Origin: Candidatus Eiseniibacteriota bacterium
GTDB taxonomy: Bacteria; ARS69
Assembly (NCBI GenBank): GCA_052390515.1
Contig: JBQTGV010000175.1
Coordinates: 1 to 16,512 of the forward strand
Direction: 5' to 3'
Length of the DNA: 16,512 bases
How positions within the stretch are numbered: position 1 is the stretch's first letter; every line of letters begins with the position of its first letter. A program made the translations under genes and the position numbers. The notes beneath the pieces were generated by a model. That model worked only from the letters and a program-made list of their open reading frames with translations. It had not been told where the DNA came from and did no database searches. Positions 1 through 8,065 of this stretch are shown in pieces.

Positions 1-37
1 CGGACACGGCGGCTACGACGCTCGGCCATCTGATCAT
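1..37 (-). CDS. Possible 5' end of a minus-strand gene running off the window edge
   Basis: ATG at 37 gives MIRWPSVVAAVS..., and an alternative ATG at 29 in another frame gives MAERRSRRV.... Both frames stay open to the edge and lie just downstream of the IDH-family stop. Too short to identify. Confidence 0.25.
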   Translation of the reverse strand, partial: MIRWPSVVAAVS

Positions 38-59
38 TTCTTTCGAGACGGAACACCAG

Positions 60-1088
60 TCACGGGGCTTCCGTCCGCTCGATCTCGCGCAGCAGCGCGT
101 CCGCCATCTCCGTGGTCGTCGCCGTGCCGCCGAGATCCCGCGTACGTACCTCGCCTTTGGCCAGCAAGGCGAACACCGCCGCCTTGAGCCGGTCCGCGGC
201 GGCGTGCTCGTCGAGGTGGCGTAACATCATGACGCCGGAGAGCACCGACGCGATGGGGTTGGCCAGGTTCCTCCCGGCGATGTCCGGCGCCGAGCCGTGC
301 ACCGTCTCGTACACGCCGACGTCGTCGCCCAGGTTCGCGCCGGGAGCGAAGCCCAGCCCGCCCACCAGACCCGCGCACAGATCCGAGAGGATGTCCCCGT
401 ACAGGTTCTCGGCCACGATCACGTCGTAGCGCGTCGGGTCGGTGACGAGCTGCATGCACGCGTTGTCGACGATCAGCTCCTCGTACTGGATCGTGGGATG
501 CTCCCGGGCCACCGCGCGGCAGCACTCCAGGAAGAGCCCGTCGGAGAGCTTCATGATGTTCGCCTTGTGGACCGCGGTGACCTTGCGTCGGCCTCGCCCT
601 TCGGCGAAGCGGAAGGCGAAGCGGGCGATGCGGGTCGAGGCCTCCGCGGTCACGATCTTGAGGGACTCCACCACGCCCGGAACGATCAGGTGCTCGATCC
701 CCGTGTACAGGCCCTCGGTGTTCTCCCTCACGATGTACATGTCCACGTTGTCGTAGCGCGTCTTCACGCCCGGGAGGTTCCGGAACGGCCGGAAGTTCGC
801 GTAGAGGGTCAGCGCCCGGCGAAGTCCGACGTTGACGCTCGGATGTCCGCCGCCGACGGGCGTGCCCGTGGGACCCTTGAGCGCGACGCCGTTGCGCTGC
901 ACCGACTCCAGCACGAGGTCCGGAAGCGTGGTGCCCATCTCGTCCACCGCCCTCTGGCCGATCGGCAGCGGCTCCCACTCCACGTTCACGCCGAGCGCTC
1001 CGATGGCGCGAACGGTGACTCCCACGACTTCCGGCCCGATCCCGTCGCCGGCGAGCAGCGTCACGACATGCTTCGAACGTGCGATCAA
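60..1088 (-). CDS. icd: Isocitrate/isopropylmalate dehydrogenase family protein, NAD-dependent isocitrate dehydrogenase type (342 aa)
   Basis: Motifs GDGIGPEV, LKGP, SVNVGLRR (isocitrate-type S-x-N rather than IPMDH-type), RENTEGLY, VHKANIMK, NLYGDILSD and HGSAPDIAG (Asp typical of NAD preference). TTG start preceded by AAAGGAAGGA. Homoisocitrate dehydrogenase activity cannot be excluded. Confidence 0.85.
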   Translation of the reverse strand: MIARSKHVVTLLAGDGIGPEVVGVTVRAIGALGVNVEWEPLPIGQRAVDEMGTTLPDLVLESVQRNGVALKGPTGTPVGGGHPSVNVGLRRALTLYANFRPFRNLPGVKTRYDNVDMYIVRENTEGLYTGIEHLIVPGVVESLKIVTAEASTRIARFAFRFAEGRGRRKVTAVHKANIMKLSDGLFLECCRAVAREHPTIQYEELIVDNACMQLVTDPTRYDVIVAENLYGDILSDLCAGLVGGLGFAPGANLGDDVGVYETVHGSAPDIAGRNLANPIASVLSGVMMLRHLDEHAAADRLKAAVFALLAKGEVRTRDLGGTATTTEMADALLREIERTEAP

Positions 1089-1134
1089 GTCGTCCTTCCT
1101 TTCCGAGGGATCACTGCCTTCGCCGCGGCGAAGG

Positions 1135-1761
1135 TCACTCGCGGAAGCCGGGGCGAGAGAAGACGAGCCCGGCAGCCTCCAGCACTTCGGTATACAAAGC
1201 GTACCGCGCGGCGATCAACCGTTTGCTCACGTTCTGATAGGCGATCCCGAGATCGTCGCCGATCTGCTGCAGGGTTCGCCCCTGGTCCCGGCGGTGGATC
1301 GCCTGCCACTGCGCCGCGGTCCACCCCGAGACCAGCGAGTCCATCGTGGCGCAGAGCGCACCGAGCACACGATCGGAAGCCTCCTCCGCCGTCGACGCCC
1401 CGGTGATGCGTCGATCCCGCCGGCCCAGTCCGCGGAACGCTTCCGCCGCGAGCCGCGACGCATCCAGCTCCTCGCCCCGCCCGAGCCCGGCTGCCACGAG
1501 GACGGCCGGCGCCGCGGGATCGGCGCGCAGCTCGGTGCGCAGGCGGTGCAGGGCGGCGAAGGCGTCCGCCGCGCGGCTCACGCGGAAGCTCCCGGCTACG
1601 CCCGGGCCGCCGGTGCGTGGCCAGACCTTGCCTCCCGGCTGCGCCTCGACGAGCATGCGCGCGCGGGCGAACACGTCCTCCAGCCGGGGCTGCGGAGCTC
1701 CGGATCGCGAGGCGGCGCGAACCTCGAGGAACAGGACGGCGCCGTCGACTTCGAGCGGCAT
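1135..1761 (-). CDS. SatD-like protein with C-terminal helix-turn-helix (208 aa)
   Basis: C-terminus WTAAQWQAI...GRTLQQIGDDLGIAYQNVSKRLIAA matches the SatD-family HTH tail pattern, and the central AAGLGRG...AEAFRGL resembles the SatD core. ATG start with GGGAGG RBS at 1768-1773. Confidence 0.65.
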   Translation of the reverse strand: MPLEVDGAVLFLEVRAASRSGAPQPRLEDVFARARMLVEAQPGGKVWPRTGGPGVAGSFRVSRAADAFAALHRLRTELRADPAAPAVLVAAGLGRGEELDASRLAAEAFRGLGRRDRRITGASTAEEASDRVLGALCATMDSLVSGWTAAQWQAIHRRDQGRTLQQIGDDLGIAYQNVSKRLIAARYALYTEVLEAAGLVFSRPGFRE

Positions 1762-1873
1762 CGCAGGCCTCCCGGCGGGCGGCGGTGACGACGCCGCAAG
1801 GTACCGCCGGACCGGCCGGATCGCCAGGGTTCGGGTTGTCCGGGTGCGCCCGCGGTGCTAGGAATCCCCGCTC

Positions 1874-3355
1874 GTGAACCCTATCCGCGCCACGCCGAAC
1901 CCCCACCTGCTCGAGATCTCCGTGCGCCCGTGGCTCGCCTCGCTCGGGGTCCGGGGCTCCCCTCGCTCCCTCGATGCCGTGCCCGACGAGGCGCTGGACC
2001 GCTTCCGCGAGCGCGGCTTCCACGCCGTGTGGCTGATGGGAGTCTGGCGCACCGGCGGTGAAGGCCGCCGCCTCGCACTCCACTATCCCGACCTGCGTGC
2101 TGCGTACTCGCGCCTGCTCCCGGACTGGACCGAGGAAGACGTGCTGGGCTCGCCCTACTCCATCCAGGCGTACGACGCGGCCGGCGTCGGTGGCGACGAC
2201 GCGCTCGCGCGCTTCCGCGCCCGTCTGCACGAGCGAGACATCGGGCTCGTCCTCGACTTCGTGCCCAACCACCTCGCCCGCGATCACCCCTGGACGACGG
2301 AGCACCCCGAGCACCTGGTCACGGGAACGGCGGACGACCTGGCGCGCGAGCCGACCTCCTGGTTCGAAGCGAAGGAGTCCGCCCCCGCGCCGCGCGTCTT
2401 CGCCCACGGCCGGGATCCGTGGTTCCCGGGCTGGACCGACACGGTGCAGGTGGACCATCGCCGGTCGGCGGCCCGCCGCGCGATGACGAATCGGTTCGTG
2501 GACGTCGCGCGGCGCTGCGACGGCGTGCGCTGCGACGTCGCCATGCTGGTTCTCGAGGACATCTTCCAGCGGACCTGGGGACCGCTGCCGGTGCCGGAGC
2601 CCGGCGACTTCTGGACCGAAGCTATCGGGGCGCTGCACGCCGCGAAGCTCGACACCGTCCTGATCGCGGAGGCGTACTGGGGCCTGGAGCCTCGCCTCAT
2701 CGCGCTGGGATTCGACTTCGCTTACGACAAGGGTCTCTACGACGCGCTGCTCGCCGGGGACGTGGACGCGGTCCGTTCCCGCGTGGAGTCCGCCGCCCCG
2801 GAGAAAGGCGTCCACTTCCTCGAGAACCATGACGAGGAGCGCGCGCGGAAGGCCTTCGGGGCGGAACGGATTCGCGCCGCCGCCGCCGTCACCTACTCGC
2901 TTCCCGGCACGCGCTTCTTCCACGAAGGCCAGGCCGAGGGACGGGAGCTGCGCCTCCCCGTGCAGCTGGCCCGGGATCCCGGCGAGCCCGTGCGCGAGGA
3001 CTCGCTCTCCTTCCACCGTACTCTCTGGCGCCTTCTCGCCGACCCGCTCTTCCACGCCGGCCGGTGGGCGCCGCTCGAAGTGCGTCCCGTCTTGCCGGGC
3101 GATCCTCGCCCTCCCCTCGTGGGCAGCGTGTGGAGCTCAGGCGAGGACTTCCTGGCGGTCGTGGCGAACCTCGCCACCCGCATCTCTGCGGGGCGCCTCG
3201 TCGTCCCTCTGCCGGACGGACCGGCGCGGGTCGGCTGGACCGACGAGCTGAATGCGGCTGCCTTCGAGACGAGCCGGAGCGAAACGCGTGAAGCCGGCCT
3301 CCTGATGGAGGTTCCACCCGGAGGCGCACGCTTCCTCCGCCTCCGCTCAGGTTAG
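1874..3355 (+). CDS. GH13 alpha-amylase family glycoside hydrolase, cytoplasmic (493 aa)
   Basis: GH13 conserved regions: VWLMGVW, GSPYSI, DFVPNH, DGVRCDVAM (nucleophile Asp), IAEAYW (acid/base Glu), FLENHDE (third catalytic Asp). No signal peptide. GTG start. Confidence 0.9.
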   Translation: MNPIRATPNPHLLEISVRPWLASLGVRGSPRSLDAVPDEALDRFRERGFHAVWLMGVWRTGGEGRRLALHYPDLRAAYSRLLPDWTEEDVLGSPYSIQAYDAAGVGGDDALARFRARLHERDIGLVLDFVPNHLARDHPWTTEHPEHLVTGTADDLAREPTSWFEAKESAPAPRVFAHGRDPWFPGWTDTVQVDHRRSAARRAMTNRFVDVARRCDGVRCDVAMLVLEDIFQRTWGPLPVPEPGDFWTEAIGALHAAKLDTVLIAEAYWGLEPRLIALGFDFAYDKGLYDALLAGDVDAVRSRVESAAPEKGVHFLENHDEERARKAFGAERIRAAAAVTYSLPGTRFFHEGQAEGRELRLPVQLARDPGEPVREDSLSFHRTLWRLLADPLFHAGRWAPLEVRPVLPGDPRPPLVGSVWSSGEDFLAVVANLATRISAGRLVVPLPDGPARVGWTDELNAAAFETSRSETREAGLLMEVPPGGARFLRLRSG

Positions 3356-4326
3356 GTCCCGGCCTGGACCGTCTCGGCGGCGGCGGCCAGCGCCCCGCGC
3401 AGCACCGTCTCCGGAGTCAGGATCACGTGCACGGGGATCTCTCGGAGCCGTTCCTCGAACGGTGTCTTGGAGCGAAGCGCCTCGAGGAACGGCCCGGCCC
3501 GCAGCGCCGCGAGAATGCGCGGCGCGATGCCGCCGCCCAGGTACACGCCTCCGAGCGCGAAGCCGCGTAGCGCGACGTTGCCGGCCTCCGCGCCGAACGC
3601 CGCCGTCCAGATCCGCAATGCGTCCGCGCAGAGGCGGGAGCGCCCCTCGAGCGCTCCCTGCGTGACCGACGCGGCGTCGGGATCGCCGGCGGGAAGGCCC
3701 GAGTCGTCCGGCGCCCGGCCGGTGCCCCGCAGCCACGAGAAGACGGCGACAAGGCCCGGACCGGAGACGACGCGCTCCACCGAGACCCGGCCCCAATGCG
3801 AGCGCAGGTGTCGCATGAGTTCGATCTCCTCGTCGGTGCGCGCCGCGAAGTCGGCGTGACCGCCCTCGGACCCGACCGGCAGCCAGCGCTCGCCGTCGAG
3901 GCGCAGGATGGACTCGCCGAGCCCGGTCCCCGGAGACACGAGCGCCCGGTTCGCGCGGGCCGGCCGTCCCGCCTGGATCGTGGCCACTTCATCGGGAACG
4001 AGCGCCGCGATTCCGTGAGCGCTCGCCTCGAGATCGTTGAGCAGCCGGACCTTCGCTCCTACGGCTCGCGCCACCTCCTCCCCGCTCACCACCCAGGGCA
4101 GGTTCGTCCCCTGGACCCGTCCGTCGACGACCGGTCCGGCCACCCCCAGTCCGACCGCCGCCACGCGGCCGGGGCCCGCGCGCGCGAACGCGGCGATCGC
4201 CTCCGCCGGGGAAGCGATGCTCGCGGTGGCCAGCACCGCCTCCCGCGCCTTCTCGAAGCGGTCGCCACGCCGCTCGAAGAGCGCGAGATGCACCTTCGTG
4301 CCGCCGATGTCCGCGGCGAGGATCAC
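3352..4326 (-). CDS. glk: Glucokinase (about 324 aa)
   Basis: Motifs ILAADIGGT, GVAGPV, TNLPW, LLNDLEA, PGTGLGE, SEGGH, SVERVVSGPGL and GGVYLGGGIAP. The GTG at 4326 gives the canonical MILAADIGGTK N-terminus; the ORF-track TTG at 4386 is an alternative start. Confidence 0.93.
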   Translation of the reverse strand: MILAADIGGTKVHLALFERRGDRFEKAREAVLATASIASPAEAIAAFARAGPGRVAAVGLGVAGPVVDGRVQGTNLPWVVSGEEVARAVGAKVRLLNDLEASAHGIAALVPDEVATIQAGRPARANRALVSPGTGLGESILRLDGERWLPVGSEGGHADFAARTDEEIELMRHLRSHWGRVSVERVVSGPGLVAVFSWLRGTGRAPDDSGLPAGDPDAASVTQGALEGRSRLCADALRIWTAAFGAEAGNVALRGFALGGVYLGGGIAPRILAALRAGPFLEALRSKTPFEERLREIPVHVILTPETVLRGALAAAAETVQAGT

Positions 4327-4531
4327 GCGCGTGAGGAAGCCGCCCCCCCATGGGGGCGAATCCGCGTAGGGCGACGCGGCATCCAAGGCCTCGCCGGCTC
4401 GGGACCGGGTCGCGTGTCGTTTTTCCGATCGCGCCGGTGCCCGAACCGTGGTGAGCTCAAGGGTCTCTTCTCCTCCGGGTCCGGGATCCTCTCACCTTTC
4501 GGAACCGCGGGCAAACCCGGCGCTCGAGCGC

Positions 4532-4558
4532 GGAACCCGGCCGGGGTGCGCGGAGTTG
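4532..4558 (+). promoter_or_regulatory. Candidate ECF sigma-factor promoter (GGAAC-N18-GTT) upstream of the YceI gene
   Basis: GGAAC at 4532-4536, an 18-nt spacer, then GTTG at 4555-4558. This fits the GGAAY-N18-GTT consensus of SigR/SigH-type ECF promoters and lies about 70 nt before the YceI ATG. Confidence 0.5.
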
Positions 4559-4626
4559 AGCCAGACGCAGCACGGCGTCACCGCCCGGAGCGGGACGCAT
4601 CCTTCCCTTCCGCAAGGAGCAGACGA

Positions 4627-5241
4627 ATGATCCGGAAGCCCGTGTGGTCCCTCGCCGTGGCGGCCATCGCCGCGTTCGCTCAGGTCGCGACGGCCGAGGT
4701 CCATCAATTCTCGGTCGACTCCGCGCACTCGCAGGTCGGCTTCAAGGTCCGCCACCTGGCCGGCAAGACTCCCGGTCACTTCAACGAGTTCGAGGGCAGC
4801 ATCTGGCTCGATCCGGAGAAGGTCGAGAGCACGCTCAAGATCGAGGGCACGGTCAAGACCGCGTCCATCGACACCAGCAACGAGAAGCGCGATGGACACC
4901 TGCGCAGCGCCGACTTCTTCGACGTCGAGAACCATCCGGAGATTCGCTTCGTTTCGAAGAGCGTGCGCAAGCAGGGCGACGATCTCATCGTGGTCGCCGA
5001 CCTGACGATCCGCGGCGTGACGAAGGAAGTGGAGCTCGCCGTGGACCTGGGCGGCGTGATGACCAACCCCTTCACCAACACGCCGACCACCGGAATCGGT
5101 CTCGAGGGCGAGATCAACCGCAAGGACTTCGGGATCGTCTGGAACAAGACGCTGGATGCGGGCGGCCTTCTGCTCGGCGAAGAGGTCGAGATGGAGATCC
5201 AGCTCGAAGCCACGTCGATGCCGGAGACCGCAGAGAGCTGA
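4627..5241 (+). CDS. YceI family periplasmic lipid/polyisoprenoid-binding protein (204 aa)
   Basis: Signal peptide MIRKPVWSLAVAAIAAFAQVATA. Motifs VDSAHSQVGFKVRH, SIDTSNEKRDGHLRSADFFD, DLTIRGVTKEV and INRKDFGI. AAGGAG RBS at 4614-4619, 7 nt before the ATG at 4627. Confidence 0.93.
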   Translation: MIRKPVWSLAVAAIAAFAQVATAEVHQFSVDSAHSQVGFKVRHLAGKTPGHFNEFEGSIWLDPEKVESTLKIEGTVKTASIDTSNEKRDGHLRSADFFDVENHPEIRFVSKSVRKQGDDLIVVADLTIRGVTKEVELAVDLGGVMTNPFTNTPTTGIGLEGEINRKDFGIVWNKTLDAGGLLLGEEVEMEIQLEATSMPETAES

Positions 5242-5256
5242 TCCGGCGGCCGGGAC

Positions 5257-5287
5257 GCCGCGGGTTCCCCTCCGGGGGAGCCGCGGC
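5257..5287. terminator. GC-rich stem-loop between the convergent yceI-like and ettA genes, possible bidirectional terminator
   Basis: GCCGCGGGTTCCCC-TCCG-GGGGAGCCGCGGC forms about 13 bp with one bulge and one G-U pair, and has a cUCCGg (UNCG-type) loop. There is no U-tract. Confidence 0.5.
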
Positions 5288-5298
5288 ACCGGTCCGGG

Positions 5299-6975
5299 TC
5301 AGCGGGTGAGCTTCTTGTAGCGGATGCGGTGCGGCCGGTCGGCCTCCGCTCCGAGCTGCGCGCGTCGCGCCGCCTCGTACTCCTGGTAGTTGCCCTCGAA
5401 GAACACGGCGCGGCTGTCCCCCTCGAACGCCAGCACGTGCGTCGCCACGCGGTCCAGGAACCAACGGTCGTGGCTGATGATCATCGCGCACCCGGCGAAC
5501 TCCTCCAGGGCGTTCTCCAGGGCCCGGAGCGTCTCCACGTCCAGGTCGTTCGTGGGCTCGTCGAGGAGCAGCACGTTCCCGCCGCTCTTGAGCAGCTTGG
5601 CCAGGTGCAAGCGGTTTCTCTCCCCTCCGGAGAGATCCCGGACGCGCTTCTGCTGGTCCGGCCCGCGGAAGTTGAACGACGCGCAGTAGGCCCGCGTGTT
5701 CGTTTCGCGGCCGCCGAGGTCGATGGTCTCGCGGCCGTCGCCGATCTCCTCCCACACCAGGCGGTCGCCCGAGAGCGCCTCCCGCGACTGATCCACGTAG
5801 GACATCACCACGGACTCGCCGATCGTGACGGAGCCCTCGTCGGCCTTCTCCTCGCCCAGCAGGATGCGGAACAGCGTGGTCTTGCCCGCGCCGTTCGGTC
5901 CGATGATGCCGACGATCGCGCCGGCGGGGATCTTCATGGTCAAGTCGTCGAACAGCAGCCGGTCTCCGTAGGCCTTCGCCAGGCCCTTCGTGTCGATGAC
6001 CTCGGTCCCGAGCCGCGGCCCGGCCGGGATCCGGATCGTCACCGGGTCGGTCCGGCGCTCGCGGTCTGCCTGCAGCAGCTTCTCGTACGCGTTCAGGCGT
6101 GCCTTGCCCTTCGCCTGGCGAGCCTTCTGCGACATGTTCACCCACTCCAGCTCGCGCTGCAGGACCTTGCGTCGTGCCGACTCCTCCCGTTCCTCCAGCG
6201 CGAGCCGCGCATCCTTCTGGACGAGCCATCCGGAGTAGTTGCCTTCCCAGGGGATCCCCCGCCCGCGGTCGAGCTCCAGGATCCAGCCGGTCACGTTGTC
6301 CAGGAAGTAGCGGTCGTGGGTGACGCAGACCACCGTGCCCGCGTACTCCTGGAGGTGTCTCTCCAGCCACGCGACCGACTCGGCGTCGAGGTGGTTGGTC
6401 GGCTCGTCCAGCAGCAGGAGATCCGGCCTCTGCAGGAGCAGGCGGCACAGGGCCACGCGACGCTTCTCGCCGCCGGACAGCCGTGAGACCTGCGCGTCGC
6501 CCGGAGGAAGGCGAAGCGCGTCCATGGCGATCTCCAGCGTGCGCTCCAGCTCCCAGCCGCCCGCGGCCTCGACGGCGTCCTGCACTTTGCCGTGCTCCTC
6601 GAGCACCTTCTCCATCTCGTCCGCGTCGAGGTCGCCGGAGAGCCGCTGGTTGAGCGCCTCGTAGCGGTCGAGCAGTGCCTTGACCGGGGCCACGCCTTCG
6701 ATCACGTTGCCCAGGACGTCCTTCGCGGAGTCCAGCCGCGGCTCCTGCGGGAGGAACCCCGCGGTGATTCCGTCCGCCGGACGGGCTTCGCCGAGGAAGT
6801 CGGGGTCCTCGCCCGCCATGATGCGCAGCAGGGACGACTTCCCGGCACCGTTCAGGCCGATTACGCCGATCTTCGCCCCAGGCAGGAACGACAGGTAGAT
6901 GTCCTCGAGGATCTTGCGCTTCGGCGGAACGACCTTGCCGAGGCCGATCATCGTGTAGACGTAGGCCACGCTCAC
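5299..6975 (-). CDS. ettA: Energy-dependent translational throttle protein EttA, ABC-F family (about 558 aa)
   Basis: EttA-type N-terminus YVYTM...KVVPPKRKILEDIYLSFLPGAKIGVIGLNGAGKS. Two ABC domains (LSGGE twice, LLLDEPTN twice), linker ELEWV...KARQAKGKARL, and C-terminal PHRIRYKKL. No TM segments. AAGGAG RBS 8 nt before the GTG at 6975 (alternative GTG at 6969). Confidence 0.93.
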   Translation of the reverse strand: MSVAYVYTMIGLGKVVPPKRKILEDIYLSFLPGAKIGVIGLNGAGKSSLLRIMAGEDPDFLGEARPADGITAGFLPQEPRLDSAKDVLGNVIEGVAPVKALLDRYEALNQRLSGDLDADEMEKVLEEHGKVQDAVEAAGGWELERTLEIAMDALRLPPGDAQVSRLSGGEKRRVALCRLLLQRPDLLLLDEPTNHLDAESVAWLERHLQEYAGTVVCVTHDRYFLDNVTGWILELDRGRGIPWEGNYSGWLVQKDARLALEEREESARRKVLQRELEWVNMSQKARQAKGKARLNAYEKLLQADRERRTDPVTIRIPAGPRLGTEVIDTKGLAKAYGDRLLFDDLTMKIPAGAIVGIIGPNGAGKTTLFRILLGEEKADEGSVTIGESVVMSYVDQSREALSGDRLVWEEIGDGRETIDLGGRETNTRAYCASFNFRGPDQQKRVRDLSGGERNRLHLAKLLKSGGNVLLLDEPTNDLDVETLRALENALEEFAGCAMIISHDRWFLDRVATHVLAFEGDSRAVFFEGNYQEYEAARRAQLGAEADRPHRIRYKKLTR

Positions 6976-7133
6976 TCGTGCTTCTCCTTCCGGGTCTCGC
7001 CCTCGTCGTGCCCCCCCGGGTCCCCCCGCCCGGCCTTGCGGATCTCCAGGACCGCGGCGACGGCCACGAGGACCATCGCCCCGATGAAGAGCGTAGCCAT
7101 CACCCACTCGACACCGTCGGTCTGCGCATCCAT
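6972..7133 (-). CDS. Small single-pass membrane protein, 53 aa (not in the ORF track)
   Basis: Translates to MDAQTDGVEWVMATLFIGAMVLVAVAAVLEIRKAGRGDPGGHDEGETRKEKHE*. GAGGAG RBS at 7141-7146, 7 nt before the ATG. One hydrophobic stretch of about 20 aa followed by RK. The stop TGA overlaps the ettA GTG start (GTGA). Confidence 0.7.
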   Translation of the reverse strand: MDAQTDGVEWVMATLFIGAMVLVAVAAVLEIRKAGRGDPGGHDEGETRKEKHE

Positions 7134-7180
7134 CGGGCTGCTCCTCGGGGGATTCGGTCTTCCGGAGGTCTCTCCGGGGA

Positions 7181-7209
7181 GTCCTAGGGAGGAACGCCGT
7201 CCCCGTCAA
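7181..7209 (-). promoter_or_regulatory. Candidate sigma70-type promoter for the small ORF-ettA unit
   Basis: Minus strand TTGACG (7209-7204), a 17-nt spacer, then TAGGAC (7186-7181). The -35 is good and the -10 is imperfect. Confidence 0.35.
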
Positions 7210-7300
7210 GAGGGGCGGAGCCGCCTCCAGGCTTGCGTCCGGGGGAGGATGACAGCAGAGTGGTCCATTGCAGTTCCGAGCTTCGAGAAGGAGCCGCCCC

Positions 7301-8065
7301 TTGGGAAGACCGCTTCTCTGGCTGGGCATGGCCGGCGCCCTCGGCGGGCTCCCGGCGGCGAGCCCGGCCGCTCCCGCGGATCAGCCGCCACGCTTCGGCA
7401 CCGTCTCGGTGGGGCTGGCCGGCGGCTTCCAGACGTGGGGCCTCGGGAGCCTCGAGGAAACCCTCGACGACCGCGCTCGTCTCTTCGCGCAGAACGGGTA
7501 CGAGCTCGAGGGCGGGAGCTTCGGTGCCACGTACGCCTATGCCGCCGACTTCCAGGTGCGGCTCACCGAGATGTGGTTCCTGCGCGCCCAGCTCGAATGG
7601 ACGCGGCTCAAGTGGGACGACCGCGACCGCGAGTTCCTCGGGTCCCTGGGAAGCTCGAGCCGCACGCCCATCTCCGTGGCGTACGAGAGCAAGGTCCAGA
7701 CGCGTCCGCTCCTCCTGGGAATCGGGCCCTGCGCGGCGCGTGAGTTCCGCTCCATCCGCGTGGGGGTCGCCGCCAGCGCGCTCGTCGCCCCGCTGCGCCT
7801 GACCGACCGGATGCTGGTCTCCGTCGTCGAGTCGATCACCGAGACCGAGCTCGTCTCCAGCGGGACGGGCGTCGGATTCGAGCTTGACGCTTCCGTCGAC
7901 TACCTCACCGACGTGCAGACCACGCTCTATCTGGAGGCGTTCTGGCGCACCGGCTCGACGACGGTGAAGCTGGAGGACGACGCGCGGGAGACCGACGTCT
8001 TCCCCGAGGAGAGGCGCGTCGATCTCGACGGGATCGGCATCCGGCTGGGGTTGCGATGGATCTGA
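7301..8065 (+). CDS. Putative outer-membrane beta-barrel protein (about 254 aa)
   Basis: TTG at 7301 with AAGGAG 7 nt upstream, and a signal-peptide-like N-terminus. About 8 amphipathic strands with alternating residues (e.g. YAYAADFQVRL, WFLRAQLEW, VGFELDASVDY, LYLEAFW). Terminal strand GIGIRLGLRWI has a penultimate aromatic residue. Confidence 0.65.
   Translation: MGRPLLWLGMAGALGGLPAASPAAPADQPPRFGTVSVGLAGGFQTWGLGSLEETLDDRARLFAQNGYELEGGSFGATYAYAADFQVRLTEMWFLRAQLEWTRLKWDDRDREFLGSLGSSSRTPISVAYESKVQTRPLLLGIGPCAAREFRSIRVGVAASALVAPLRLTDRMLVSVVESITETELVSSGTGVGFELDASVDYLTDVQTTLYLEAFWRTGSTTVKLEDDARETDVFPEERRVDLDGIGIRLGLRWI

Noticed and set aside
1085-3055. 656-aa minus-strand ORF, and similar long overlapping ORFs (297..1406, 5114..6448, 5329..6486, 9895..11232, 10955..12151)
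   Set aside because: They overlap genes with clear family motifs, in antisense or alternative frames, and contain no recognisable domains.
4508-4560. Resemblance to a c-di-GMP-I riboswitch (GGCAAACCCGGC...GCCGGGG)
   Set aside because: There is no GNRA tetraloop, no GACGCAAAG-like junction and no convincing second stem with a receptor. The ECF-promoter reading fits better. An Infernal/Rfam scan would settle it.
3796-4626. Long N-terminal extension of the YceI ORF (481 aa)
   Set aside because: It is antisense to glk. The RBS, ATG and signal peptide at 4627 define the real start.
7011-7027. C7 and C6 homopolymer runs as phase-variation tracts in the small ORF
   Set aside because: The runs are short for a high-GC genome, and the frame is intact through them.
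6976-7329. N-terminal extension of the ettA ORF (676 aa)
   Set aside because: EttA homology begins at about 6975, where there is an RBS. The region is better explained by the 53-aa ORF in another frame and by promoters.
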